Source: an uncultured Actinomycetes bacterium (GTDB lineage Bacteria; Actinomycetota; Thermoleophilia; UBA2241). Taken from it: a stretch of DNA of 64,000 nt. Both the position numbers and the translations under genes were made by a program. Each line of letters begins with the position of its first letter. Position 1 is the stretch's first letter. Shown here one piece after another: positions 11,801 through 21,893 of the stretch. The DNA is taken from contig CAVPVX010000007.1 of NCBI GenBank assembly GCA_963709345.1, positions 1-64,000 of the forward strand, written 5' to 3'. The notes under the pieces are model-generated. The model did no database searches. It had not been told where the DNA came from and saw nothing but the letters and a program-made list of their open reading frames with translations.

Positions 11801-14797
11801 GATGATCGGGTGCTGGCCGGACTCGAACACGCCGCTGCCGTCGGCCTTGTGGCTGAATGCCCTCCTGAGCTTGGTGAGGTTGAAGGCCGGCGCGGGAGCG
11901 GCGGCGGCGATCGTCACGCGCATGACGGTGCGCGTGTTGGGCCCGTAGCCGGGCAAGATCGCCGGGGCGCCGTTGGGGCTCAGGTCCGCAGCGCCGGTGT
12001 AGTAGTCGTAAGACGGTACGCGCGCCGGCCAGGCCGCGGGCGCGTCGTTGTACATGATGAGCGTCTTGCCGGCGAACGCCGAGAAGTCGACGATCAAGTC
12101 GGCGCGCTCTGCGGGAGCCAGCGCCATGGAGTGCAGCTTCACGTTGCCGACGTCGAAGCGGGTCGGGTCGGTGATCCACGTGATCGGCTGCTGGCCGTCC
12201 ACCACGGCCGGGGCCGGCAGGAAGCCGCCCTCGGAGCCGATGTGGATCCAGTCGGGGCCGGCGGCGTTGTTGTTGGCGTCCACCGGCGTCGGGAACACGT
12301 TGGGGTCGGTCTGCGCCGCGGCGAGCTCCTGCGGGTTCAGGGCGACCTCGCTCAGCGTGCCCGTGGACGGGTCGGCGATGTACCACTGCAGGTTGAAGGA
12401 GCGGTCGTTCGCCGCGTTGAGGACGCGGAAGCGGTAGGACTTCGGCTGCAGAGTGACCTCGGGGTAGGCCACGCCGTTCACCGTCGGCGTGTCGTTGAAC
12501 TGCTCCATGCCGGCGGAGATGTTGGGCGTGCCCGGTATCTGCGCCGGCTCGCAGTACGGGTCGGTCTGGTACTGCCACGTGGCCGGGTCGTCGAGGTCGC
12601 AGGCGGAGTCGAAGTACGGGTTGTCGATGGGTCCGTAGAGGGTGTCCGAGGCCGGCGGCCAGAACCAGGGGCCGTACATCCAGCGCCCGTAGGCGCTCAT
12701 GCCGCTCGGGTCACCGGGGTTCTGGGCCGGCATGTAGACGTGGTGGTACCAGAAGTCGCCGTAGGAGCCCCACCTGTCCTGGTCCCACGTGGGATCCTGG
12801 CCGTAGCTGGTGATGGCCTCCGGGTTCTGCGGGTCGTCGTGCTGGTCGTAGAGCTGCGTGTCCTGCGGCACGAAGGTGCGGTCCTGGATGACCAGCGGGA
12901 TCGTGTCGGCGGGGCCCGGGATGGTGTTGCTGTCCACCAGCGCCTGCTCGGTCTCGTCGGCGATCAGGTAGCCGGCGGCCTCGCCGGCGTAGACGTTGAG
13001 GCGCGTGACGCCCCAGGCGTGGTCGTGGTAGAACATGAAGCGCGCGCTCTGCTGGTTGGTGTAGTAGAAGGTCTGCACGCCGTCGGTGGCGTCGAGGCCC
13101 ACGTCCATGTCGGGCACGTTGCGCACGTCCACGCCCTGGGGCCACGGTGTGTCCTCGTTGGCCGGCGTGATCCACTGATGCGGCGTTCCGTCGCTGATCC
13201 ACGGGGTGATGCCGCCGTGGTTGTGGAGCGTGGCCCGGTTGTCTTTGAAGCAGTCGTTGGGCTTGGGCGACTCCGTGCACGGAGGATTGCGGATCAGGTC
13301 GGTGACGGTGCCCTCATCGGTCTCGAGGGGCTGCCCCATGGGGCCCATGCCCGAGCCCATCAGCGTGCTGTCCACAGGCAGGAAGAGGTCGCCGGGCTGG
13401 TCTTTGGGGAGCAGGTTGCGGAAGACGATGCGCACCGGCTTGTTCTTGGTCGCGGTGATGATCGGGCCGAGCCACTGCGGAGGCGTCACCGCGAAGGCCG
13501 GCTCGCCGTCGATCAGCACGCGGGTCCCGGGCGAGTTCCGGTCCTGCAGGTCGGCGTTGTACAGCGGGTAGTGCTGGCTGACGCCGGGATGGGCTGCCAC
13601 GAATGCCGGCGTTTCGAGCTGCACGTAGCCGCGCACGAGCGTCGCCGGCAGGTCGGAGTTGAACTTGGTGCGGTACTGCACCAGGCCGATCTCGTACTCG
13701 TCGGACTTGATGCGCTGGCCGTTGGGATAGTCGTAGGTCGTCTCCATCGGCACGCCGACGGGCATGTACTTGGCGTCGGGGTCCACGGTCCAGTCGGGGC
13801 AACTGGCGTCGACGCTGGGGTCGCAGAGCATCGGCAGCTGGTCCTGGAACTTCTTGATGCCGCCGGCGGAGATGTAGCCGCTGCCGCCGGCCGTGAGAGC
13901 GAGCGCAGTGACCGAACCGGTGTCGAGGGTGGCCGTAGCCGCCGCGCCGCTGCCGGTGCCGGCGGCGTCGTCGAAGGTGATCGTCGGGGTGGACGTGTAG
14001 CCGGCGCCGTACGTGTCGAGCGTGACGCTGAGCACCTTGAGCGTGGCCGTGGCCGTGGCGCCCGTCCCCGAAGAGAGGATGGGATCCATGAGCGTGCCGT
14101 TGCGGATGACGACGCCGGGGGCGGTCATGTAGCCGGAGCCGGGGTCGTCGACGACGATCGCGGTGATCTCGCCGGTCTGCTGGTCGAACTCGGCGTGCGC
14201 CTTGGCGATCGTGCCGTTGGGGTCGTCCGGCATGTCGAAGTCGACGGTCGGGAACGTGTAGCCGGTGCCGGGGTCACCAATGGCGACCGCATCCACGCCG
14301 CCGTAGACGGTAGCGGTCGCGGCCGTGGAGGCGCCGCCGCCGGTGAAGGCGACCGTCGGCTCGGTGTAGCCGGCTCCGGAGTCGGTGAGCGCCACGGAGC
14401 TGACCACGCCGCTGAGCGTGACCGTCGCCGTCGCCGTCGCTCCGGTGCCCGTGTCGCTCGTGATGCTGACGCTGGCGCCGGTCGTGTAACCGTCGCCGGG
14501 GCTCGTGAGCGTGAGGTCGGTGATCTCGCCGTTGGCGCCGACCGTCGCGGTCGCCGCGGCGCCGGTGCCGTTTCCGCTGATCGTCACCGTGGCGTCCGGC
14601 AACGTGAGCGGGCTCAGGGCCCAGTTCGGCCACGGGCCGAAGTAGTGAGGGACCGTCGTCGCGTCCGTCGGCGAACTGGGAGCGGCCTCGCCCTGGCTCA
14701 TCTTCACCATGAACAGCGCGGTGAGCACCGCCACCAGCACGAAGACGAGGATGCTGGCCTTGGCCAGTGAGAAATGTCGGATCACTCTTGCAGCCAT
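8860..14797 (-). CDS. Giant secreted multicopper oxidase (OmpB/MofA-like) with FN3, InlB-B-like and 4 C-terminal repeat domains (3' part frameshifted)
   Basis: All four laccase Cu motifs are present: LHNHGG, FYHDHAWG, THPIHFHL and WHCHILSHEEMDM. It has a signal peptide after MAARVIRH, GxGY-rich N-terminal repeats, FN3 (GLTPGDTYDYRVRA) and a YTFTNVTANHTISATF domain. ATG 14797 follows an AGGAGGG RBS. Confidence 0.85.
8862..10095 (-). repeat. Four near-identical ~310-bp coding tandem repeats
   Basis: The unit encoding ITVPSVTGSYAQLSNLPVTWTTN(V/A)AVS.GEFAVWAASPSGWYVGKLVAQNGTDSYATNLNLNVPTGSSYSIRVGWRATAGSGAFTIIGASSGTFAVT recurs at ~8862, 9175, 9486 and 9797. Confidence 0.9.
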
Positions 14798-14981
14798 GTG
14801 AACCCCTCCTGAAGCGCGTGTCGTCTTGCCCCGACGTCCGCCGTTTGTATCGCCCTTGCCGGATGGAGAGCCGTCTCGCGCTACGCTCGCACGTGACTCC
14901 TGACGGCACACCTCGCCCGACATTGAGTAATTGAGATAAATTATGCCCCGATTGAATGGAGTGTGATACCGCCCTTAAGCC

Positions 14982-15010
14982 TGTCCTCGACTGGACAAAT
15001 GGCATAGATT
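14982..15010 (+). promoter_or_regulatory. Inverted repeat TGTCC-N6-GGACA plus -10 box TAGATT 6 nt before the kinase start (candidate leaderless promoter/operator)
   Basis: tgtcctcgactggaca at 14982-14997, TAGATT at 15005-15010, GTG at 15017. It lies in the AT-rich divergent intergenic region. Confidence 0.4.
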
Positions 15011-15016
15011 GTCACG

Positions 15017-16858
15017 GTGAACCTCCCGATCATCTTGATGGCGCTGGCGGCCGGGGTGAGCCTCGACGCCGCCTTCGCCCACGGATTCGTGGGGCTGCGG
15101 CGGCGCCCCGCTGACGCGGTCCGCATCGCTTTCGCCGTCCAGGCGCTCGTCGTCATGGCCGGGGCGCTGGCGATCATCGCGATGTACACGGCGGAGACCG
15201 CGGAGACGCACTTCCTCGTCATGAAGTGGGTCTTCTTCCCCGCGTCCCTCGCGTGGATCGCGGCGACCATGTGGCTGGTGGCCTTCTACACTCGCGTGCG
15301 ACCCTTGCGCCTGTTGCTGGCGCTGAGCGCCGGCTTCGCGGCGCTCATCGTCGTCAACCTGCTGCTGCCCTACGGCACGCTGCACCGCGTCGTGGGCAGC
15401 ATCGCCACCACCCACATGGCCGGCGGCGACGTGAGCGTGATGGTCGCGCCCACGCCGCACCCTGTGTACTACCTCGGCACGTTTCTCTCCATCGCCGCCT
15501 TCCTCTTCATGTTCGCGGCGGCCTGGAGCCTGCAGCAACGCGGCGAGGCGCTCAAGGCACGCGTCGTCACCGCTTTTCTCCTCCTCTTCCTCGTCGCCGC
15601 CGTGCTCGACTCGCTCCAGGACTTCGGCATCATCCGAGACCTCTACTACACGCAGCTCAGCTTCGTCATCCTCGTCATGGCGATCAACGTCGGCCTGCGC
15701 CAGGAGTCGCTGAGCCACGAGGCCGGTCTGGTGGCCACGAGCGTCCACCTCGAGTCGCTCGTGCGCGAGCGGGTCAAGGACCTCGACAAGGCCAACACGC
15801 GGCTCGCGCTCGAGTCCCGGGAGCGGCTCGCGGCCGCGGAGGCCCTGCGCCGGCGCGTCGCGGAGCTCGGTGCGCTGCACCGGATCTCGCGGACGCTCGC
15901 CGACCGTGTCGACCTTCTGACGGCGCTGGACCAGGCCTCGGCCGAGATCGCGCAGCTCCTCTCGGCCGAGCAGGCGCGGGTGGACCTCGACCCGGCGGCC
16001 TCGGAGGCCCCGGCAGGCGCCGGCCACTCGATGGTCGTGCCGCTTGCGGCCGGGGAGAGAGCCCTCGGCGCACTCCGCGTCGTCCGCGACCACGGTGAGC
16101 CCTTCTCGGAAGACGAGCGCCGGCTCGCCGAGACCGTCGCCGGCGACGTGGCCGCGGCGGTGGAGAACGAGCGGCTGCACGAACGGCAGACCCGGCATGC
16201 GGCCGAGGAGGAGCGCCAGCGTCTTGCCCACGACCTGCACGATGCCGTGACGCAGACGCTCTACTCGGCGACGCTCATCACCGGCTCGCTCCCCCAGGTG
16301 TGGGAGCGAGATCCCGAAGAGGGACTCGCCGGCCTCGAACGTCTGCAACGTCTGGTGCGCGGGGCGCTCGCCGAGATGCGCACCCTGCTCTTCGAGCTCC
16401 GCCCTGCGGCGCTTGAGGCCACGCCGCTCGACGCTCTGCTCGAGCGGCTCGGCGAGGCCACTGCCGCTCAGGTCGAGGGACCTGTCACGGTGAGGGCCGA
16501 CGACGTCGCTCTCACCCCCGAGGCGAAGCTGGCCTTCTATCGCGTCACGCAGCAGGCTCTGAGCAACATCGCCAGGCACGCGCGCGCCACGGAAGTGGAC
16601 GTGGAGTGCACCTCCGTCGACGGCGGCGCGATCAGGCTCTGCGTGCGCGACGACGGCGTGGGCTTCGACCCCGCCCATGTCGGACCCGAAAGCATGGGTC
16701 TGCGGATCATGCGTGAGCGATTGGAGAAGGTGGGCGCCTCGTTCGAACTCGTGAGCGCACGCGACCGCGGCACGAGCATCACGGCCGTGTGGCCGGCGTC
16801 GCTGCCCACGCCCGCTCCGCAAGAGAGGAGAGACCGTGAGCGATCGACGACGCATTAG
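15017..16858 (+). CDS. Membrane sensor histidine kinase (HisKA_3/NarX-like, GAF domain)
   Basis: About 7 TM helices, a GAF segment (MVVPLAAGERALGAL), H-box ERQRLAHDLHDAVTQ, N-box ALSNIARHA and G-box VRDDGVGFD..SMGLRIMRER. Confidence 0.93.
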   Translation: MNLPIILMALAAGVSLDAAFAHGFVGLRRRPADAVRIAFAVQALVVMAGALAIIAMYTAETAETHFLVMKWVFFPASLAWIAATMWLVAFYTRVRPLRLLLALSAGFAALIVVNLLLPYGTLHRVVGSIATTHMAGGDVSVMVAPTPHPVYYLGTFLSIAAFLFMFAAAWSLQQRGEALKARVVTAFLLLFLVAAVLDSLQDFGIIRDLYYTQLSFVILVMAINVGLRQESLSHEAGLVATSVHLESLVRERVKDLDKANTRLALESRERLAAAEALRRRVAELGALHRISRTLADRVDLLTALDQASAEIAQLLSAEQARVDLDPAASEAPAGAGHSMVVPLAAGERALGALRVVRDHGEPFSEDERRLAETVAGDVAAAVENERLHERQTRHAAEEERQRLAHDLHDAVTQTLYSATLITGSLPQVWERDPEEGLAGLERLQRLVRGALAEMRTLLFELRPAALEATPLDALLERLGEATAAQVEGPVTVRADDVALTPEAKLAFYRVTQQALSNIARHARATEVDVECTSVDGGAIRLCVRDDGVGFDPAHVGPESMGLRIMRERLEKVGASFELVSARDRGTSITAVWPASLPTPAPQERRDRERSTTH

Positions 16859-17468
16859 GGTCCTGATCGTCGACGACCACCTCATGGTCCGGGAGGGTCT
16901 CAAGAGCCTGCTCTCCACGGACCCCGACCTGGAGGTGGTGGGCGAGGCCGCCAACGGCGCAGAGGCCGTGGAACTCGTGCCATCGACCGAGCCCGACGTC
17001 GTGCTGATGGACCTCATGATGCCGGTGATGAACGGAGCCGAGGCCACGGCCCGCATCACCGAGTCCTTCCCCTCGGTCCGCGTGATCGCGCTCACGAGCT
17101 TCGCCGACGGCAAGCTCGTCGAGGAGACGCTCGAGGCGGGCGCGATCAGCTTTCTGCTCAAGGACTCCCGCCCGGAGGCGCTCACGCGAGCCATCAGAGA
17201 CGCACGCGACGGGCGGGGCACCATCGACGCGGGCGCCATGCGCTCCGTCATGCACCGCCGGCAGGACGAAGTGGGCAGAGACCTCACGCCCCGTGAGCGC
17301 GAGGTGCTCGCCCTGCTCGCCGCCGGACTCAGCAATGGCGAGATCGCCGCGAGGCTCACCCTGGCGGTCGGCACCATCCGGCTGCACGTGAGCAGCATCC
17401 TCGCCAAGCTCGATGCGCCCAATCGCACGAGCGCCGCGATCATCGCGCTCAAGCACGGCCTCGATTAG
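16836..17468 (+). CDS. NarL/LuxR-family response regulator
   Basis: Receiver domain (VLIVDDH..VVLMDLMMP) and LuxR HTH (LTPREREVLALLAAGLSNGEIA). It overlaps the kinase 3' end. Confidence 0.95.
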   Translation: MSDRRRIRVLIVDDHLMVREGLKSLLSTDPDLEVVGEAANGAEAVELVPSTEPDVVLMDLMMPVMNGAEATARITESFPSVRVIALTSFADGKLVEETLEAGAISFLLKDSRPEALTRAIRDARDGRGTIDAGAMRSVMHRRQDEVGRDLTPREREVLALLAAGLSNGEIAARLTLAVGTIRLHVSSILAKLDAPNRTSAAIIALKHGLD

Positions 17469-17501
17469 ATACTCCCGGCTGCGCGGTAGACTGTCGCTAC
17501 C

Positions 17502-18149
17502 GTGCGCACTCCGAGCCCTCACTCAATCGTCGCCAAGACCGCCCCTTGGGCCGGCGCCACCCTGCTCGTCCTCCTGGCTGTGGTGGCCCTGTACCTCTTC
17601 ACCGGCGCGGCCGCGAGCGACCCCTCGAGAGCGCCGGAGGCCGGCGCCGGTGACATCGCCTCCGGCCCGGCCGACGCCCCTCTCACCGTCATCGTGTACT
17701 CGGACTTCCAGTGCCCTTTCTGCGCCCAGTACGCCCCCATCATCGAGAGACTGCGCGAGAAGTACGGTGACGAGGTGCGCTTCGTCTACCGCTTCTACCC
17801 CCTCTCCACCCACGAGTACGCGACCATCTCCGCCAAGGTCGCGTACGCGGCCCACCTGCAGGGCAGGTTCTGGGAGATGCACGACCTGCTGTTCGAGCAC
17901 CAGAAGGAATGGGCGGAGTCGGACGACCCCCGCCCCTACTTCGACGCCTACGCCGAGAGCCTCGGTCTGGACCTCGACCAGTTCCACGCCGACGCCGACG
18001 CCCAGTCCACCACCGACGTCATCGAGCGGCAGGCCGCCGAGGGCACGGCGGCGGGCGTCACGCACACGCCCTGGGTCGTGATCGGCGACACGGTGGTGCT
18101 CCCCCGCAGCTTCGACGAGTTCGACAAGCTCATCCAGGAGGCGCTGTGA
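17502..18149 (+). CDS. DsbA-family membrane-anchored thiol:disulfide oxidoreductase
   Basis: N-terminal TM helix, YSDFQCPFC (CxxC), FWEMHDLLF and the cis-Pro loop GVTHTP. Confidence 0.9.
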   Translation: MRTPSPHSIVAKTAPWAGATLLVLLAVVALYLFTGAAASDPSRAPEAGAGDIASGPADAPLTVIVYSDFQCPFCAQYAPIIERLREKYGDEVRFVYRFYPLSTHEYATISAKVAYAAHLQGRFWEMHDLLFEHQKEWAESDDPRPYFDAYAESLGLDLDQFHADADAQSTTDVIERQAAEGTAAGVTHTPWVVIGDTVVLPRSFDEFDKLIQEAL

Positions 18150-18610
18150 GCCGCGCACGTCCGGCCGAGGCCGGGTCGCGCCGCTGGGTCTCGTGGTGCC
18201 TCGTCGTGGGCGCCTACGCCGGCTTCGTCGTCTCGCTCTACCTCACCTTCACGCACTTTCGCGGCTACGTCTCGCCCTGCTACGTGGTCAAGGGCTGCGA
18301 GGAGGTGCAGACCAGCGAGTACTCCGTCATTCTCGGCGTGCCGGTGGCGCTGGCCGGCACGCTCTTCTTCGGCCTCATGTTCTACCTGGGCGTCGGCCTG
18401 CTGACCGGCGCGCGGCTGTGGCTGGTGCGCGCCTACAAGATCCTCGCCTTCCTCGGCGCGCTCGCGATGATCCCGCTGTTTCTGCTGCAGGCGATCGTCC
18501 TGGAGGCCTTCTGCAGCTACTGCGTCGCCACCGAGGCGATCATGCTCTTCCTCTGGGTGCTGAGCTTTGTGCTGCGGGCGCCCGACCACGTCGGCGAGCC
18601 TCTCGCTTGA
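18146..18610 (+). CDS. Vitamin K epoxide reductase (VKOR) family protein
   Basis: C..(6)..CEEVQTSEYSVILGVPVA and the FCSYC active site. GTG 18146 overlaps the DsbA stop (GTGA). Confidence 0.9.
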   Translation: MSRARPAEAGSRRWVSWCLVVGAYAGFVVSLYLTFTHFRGYVSPCYVVKGCEEVQTSEYSVILGVPVALAGTLFFGLMFYLGVGLLTGARLWLVRAYKILAFLGALAMIPLFLLQAIVLEAFCSYCVATEAIMLFLWVLSFVLRAPDHVGEPLA

Positions 18611-18641
18611 CGAACGCCCGCCATGTGACCATAGTGGTCAT
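18607..18641 (+). promoter_or_regulatory. Sigma-70 promoter of TA operon with overlapping palindromic operator
   Basis: -35 TTGACG at 18607-18612, 17-nt spacer, -10 CATAGT at 18630-18635. The palindrome TGACCA-tag-TGGTCA (18626-18640) overlaps it and the ATG is 6 nt downstream of the -10. Confidence 0.7.
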
Positions 18642-18923
18642 ATGAGAGTGACCACAGTAGCTGCCCTCAAGGCTTCCCTCAGCGAGCTCCTTGCCGGAGT
18701 CAAGGCCGGTGAGGAGGTCGTCGTCACCGAGCGCGGCCGGCCTGTGGCGCGCATCCTGCCCTACTCGCCCGCCGGCGACGAGCTGGACGACCTGGTCCGC
18801 GCCGGGCAGGTGCGCCGCTCGCGCGGCGTGCTCCCGTCCGGGTTCTGGGAGCGGCCCAGACCTTCGGACCCCGAGGGCCGTCTGCTGGGCGCACTTCTGG
18901 ACGAGCGCGAGAGCGGCCGATGA
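18642..18923 (+). CDS. Phd/YefM-family antitoxin
   Basis: MRVTTVAALKASLSELLAGVKAGEEVVVTERGRPVARILP. ATGA overlap with the PIN gene. Confidence 0.9.
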   Translation: MRVTTVAALKASLSELLAGVKAGEEVVVTERGRPVARILPYSPAGDELDDLVRAGQVRRSRGVLPSGFWERPRPSDPEGRLLGALLDERESGR

Positions 18924-19351
18924 GGTTCTGGGATTCGTCGGCCCTCATCCCGCTCTTCGTCCGAGAGGCCCACTCCCCCGCGCTCGAACGCCTCGTGGCC
19001 GAAGACGCCGGCATGATCGTCTGGTGGGCCAGCCACGTGGAGTGTGGGAGCGCCGTGCAGCGCCTTCGCAGGGAGGGAGCCTTCACGCCGGCCGAGGCCG
19101 CCGGGCTGCTGGGCAGGCTGGGTGAGGTCCTTGACGCCGCAGAGGTGGTCCAGCCCGGCGACGACCTGGCCGCAACGGCGCTGCGCCTCCTCTCCACGCA
19201 CCCTCTGCGCGCCGCGGATGCGCTGCAGCTCGCCGCGGCGCTCATGTGGGCACGCGGCAAGCCTGCCGGACGCGAGCTCGTCTGCCTCGACGAGCGGCTG
19301 CGCACGGCCGCGACACTCGAAGGCTTCTCGGTGGTGCCCGCCGACGCCTAG
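18920..19351 (+). CDS. vapC: VapC/PIN-domain toxin
   Basis: MRFWDSSALIPL..VE..LRAADALQLAAAL..LVCLDERL. Confidence 0.9.
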   Translation: MRFWDSSALIPLFVREAHSPALERLVAEDAGMIVWWASHVECGSAVQRLRREGAFTPAEAAGLLGRLGEVLDAAEVVQPGDDLAATALRLLSTHPLRAADALQLAAALMWARGKPAGRELVCLDERLRTAATLEGFSVVPADA

Positions 19352-19352
19352 C

Positions 19353-20057
19353 CTAGCGGGCCGGCGGCGCCTCGTGATCGGCGTTCTCGCGCACGGTGCC
19401 GTCCACCATCTCCAGGTGGCGGGTGCCGAAGGCCACGATTTGCCGGGCATGCGTGACCATCATGACCGTGAGCGCCTGCTCGGCGTGGATGCGCCGGAAG
19501 ATCTCCATGATCTCGGCCTCGGTCTCTTCGTCCAGGTCGCTGCTCGGCTCGTCCGCCAGCAGCAGCGTGGGCCGGTTGATGAGCGCCCGGGCGATGACCA
19601 CTCGCTGCTGCTGCCCGGCCGAGAGCTCGCGCGGCAGGGCCGACATGCGATGGCCCAGCCCCACCATGTCGAGGAGCTCCCTCGCCCGCTCGCGGGCGTC
19701 GGCCTGCTCCTCGTGGCTGAACTCCAGCGGCAGCATCACGTTCTGCTCCAGCGAGAGGCCGGGAAGCAGACTGGGGAACTGGAAGACGAAGCCCATGGTG
19801 CGGTTGCGCAGGCTGCTGCGCTCGGCGTCGGAGACGCTCCAGATGTCGACGCCGTCCACCGTCACGGTGCCGCTCGTGGGCGTCGCCAGGCCCGTCGCGA
19901 TGTTGAGCAGCGTGGTCTTGCCGCAGCCCGAGCGACCGGTGATCACGAGGAAGTCGTTGACCTCGATGTCGAGGTCGACGTCACGCAGGGCGGCGAAGGC
20001 CCTGACGCCGTCGCCGCCGTACGCCTTGCCGACCCCGCGAAGTGATACTGCCGTCAT
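19353..20057 (-). CDS. ABC transporter ATP-binding protein (LolD/MacB-like)
   Basis: Walker A GRSGCGKTT, signature LSAGQQQRV, Walker B LLLADEP and H-loop MVTH. Confidence 0.93.
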   Translation of the reverse strand: MTAVSLRGVGKAYGGDGVRAFAALRDVDLDIEVNDFLVITGRSGCGKTTLLNIATGLATPTSGTVTVDGVDIWSVSDAERSSLRNRTMGFVFQFPSLLPGLSLEQNVMLPLEFSHEEQADARERARELLDMVGLGHRMSALPRELSAGQQQRVVIARALINRPTLLLADEPSSDLDEETEAEIMEIFRRIHAEQALTVMMVTHARQIVAFGTRHLEMVDGTVRENADHEAPPAR

Positions 20058-20061
20058 GCGC

Positions 20062-21264
20062 TCACTCCCTCATCGAGACGGCCGGCTCCTCGCGCGAAGC
20101 GCGCAGCGCCGGCACAAGGGCCGCCAAGGCCGCGACCGCCAGAGCGACGAGCAGGCCCACGATCACGAAGCCGATCAGGCTCACCAGCGACGGCAGCATG
20201 ATCGTGAAGCCGAGAGCCGAGACCAGCAGGTCGTGGAAGAGGTACATGGCGACCGAGGCCAGCACGGCCCCGACGAGGCCGCCGACCAGCGCCAGCAGGG
20301 CGGCCTCGGTCATGTACGCCAGCAGCACGGTGCGCTGCGTCGCGCCCAGCGCCCGCAGCACGCCGATCTGCCGGCTGCGGTCGTGCACCGACATCCAGAA
20401 CACGACCGCCATGAGCGCCAGAGAAAGCGCGACCGTGAGCACCACGATCACGACCAGCGTGCGCAGGACCCCCGAGATCTGCGTGCCGTACGAGCCGAAC
20501 AGCTCGGCTGCGGGCATCGCCTCTACCTCCGGGACGCTCTCCGTGATCGCCTTCGCGACCTCGTTGCGATCGGCACTCGGCTGCACCTTCACCATGACCG
20601 ACGACACGAAGTCCTGGAGGATCGGGAGGCCCATCTTCGCCTCGGTCTGAGAGACCTCCGCCATGTCGAAGGCGGTGGGAAAGGTCATGAAGAGCGTCTG
20701 GTCGAGGTTGGTGCCGGTGGGCTCCAGATTGCCCACGAGGTCGAAGTCGTAGCCGTAGAGCTTGATGTTCTCGTCGCCCTCCGGAACGAAGACGTCCGAA
20801 CCCCCGACCGCCTGGCCGAGGGCCAGGTCGTGACCGAGTTTCTCCTTGAGCCATGGCTCGATGGTGAAGTCGGTCGCGGGGTCGAAGGCGTACATGAACA
20901 TCAGCGAGACGGAGCAGCACGACGAGTTGGCCATGGACGTCAGGTACAGCTGAGGAGAGGCGATCGCCACGCCGGGCACCGCCTGGATGGCGCCCACGAC
21001 CCCGCTGGGCAGATAGGTGTTGGTCGCGTTGCCCAGCAGAAGAGCTCCCTCCACGCTGGTGACGGAGCCGCGCGGCACGACGACGACGTCCGCGCCCAGA
21101 CGCTCGCGCGCCAGGCGCAGGCTCTCCTGGCCGCCGCGCGAGATGATCACCGTCGAGAGGACCATGCCGGCCACGAGCAGGGCGCAGCCGGCCACGAGCC
21201 AGCTGCGCAGCGGGCTGCTCGCGACGCCGCTGAGAGTGAGTCTGAGGAGACTGCGAGGTCTCAG
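20062..21264 (-). CDS. FtsX/MacB-family ABC permease (start uncertain)
   Basis: RERLGADVVVVP, an extracytoplasmic domain with SSCCS, and the FtsX motif RSRQIGVLRALGA..EAALL. The frame is open upstream of 21195. Confidence 0.85.
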   Translation of the reverse strand: MRPRSLLRLTLSGVASSPLRSWLVAGCALLVAGMVLSTVIISRGGQESLRLARERLGADVVVVPRGSVTSVEGALLLGNATNTYLPSGVVGAIQAVPGVAIASPQLYLTSMANSSCCSVSLMFMYAFDPATDFTIEPWLKEKLGHDLALGQAVGGSDVFVPEGDENIKLYGYDFDLVGNLEPTGTNLDQTLFMTFPTAFDMAEVSQTEAKMGLPILQDFVSSVMVKVQPSADRNEVAKAITESVPEVEAMPAAELFGSYGTQISGVLRTLVVIVVLTVALSLALMAVVFWMSVHDRSRQIGVLRALGATQRTVLLAYMTEAALLALVGGLVGAVLASVAMYLFHDLLVSALGFTIMLPSLVSLIGFVIVGLLVALAVAALAALVPALRASREEPAVSMRE

Positions 21265-21277
21265 GCCGGCAGCCCTC

Positions 21278-21784
21278 TCACGCGGGGGTCACGTTGCCGG
21301 CGCTCGCGTCGTCGTCACGCCGCGTCTCGCCCAGGACGAGCACGGCGATGCCGAGCGCCACGGTGATGCCTCCCGCGATGAACAGCGTGGGCTTCATCTC
21401 GGTGTTGCAGACCATCTGGTCGTTCATGCACGTGCCGATGATGCTCGTGGGGAGAAGGACGGTGAGCACGCCGAGGAGCGCGGTGAGAATACCGAGGACG
21501 CGGATCGTCTCTTTGCGCCGCGCGAACAGCAAGAGGACGCCGATCGCGACGAGTGGCACGCCCACGACGATCTCCGCGTGCGCCGTCCAGTAGCATTTCA
21601 TCATCCGGTACGGCGTCGCGGCTGCCGCTGGGGCGGCCATCTCCGATGACGAGGCCATCGGGGTCGCGCCGGTGGTGCTCGGCGCCATGACGGAGTGGTC
21701 TACGCCGGCCTCGCAGTTGGTGTACTGCGGCACGATGATGATGACGAGCCCCACCAGGATGATCAGGATCGCGAGTACCTTCAC
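21278..21784 (-). CDS. DUF4418-like Cys-containing membrane protein
   Basis: TM helices with MKCYWTAHAE and IGTCMNDQMVCNTEMKP, matching my recollection of DUF4418 proteins that precede FtsX-type ABC genes. Confidence 0.7.
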   Translation of the reverse strand: MKVLAILIILVGLVIIIVPQYTNCEAGVDHSVMAPSTTGATPMASSSEMAAPAAAATPYRMMKCYWTAHAEIVVGVPLVAIGVLLLFARRKETIRVLGILTALLGVLTVLLPTSIIGTCMNDQMVCNTEMKPTLFIAGGITVALGIAVLVLGETRRDDDASAGNVTPA

Positions 21785-21893
21785 GTTTCACTCCTCCATG
21801 CCGCCCACTGCAGACTGTGCCCCTCGCATGTACCCCAAGGCAGGACTTGATTGTATGGTACCGTTTGGTCCCCGTCCATGAATCGGGCTCGAT

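Noticed and set aside
10124-14770. 1548-aa plus-strand ORF (and similar ORFs such as 14975-17452, 21315-23993, 44579-46816 and 54005-56275)
   Set aside because: These are antisense shadows of real high-GC genes, with no motifs.
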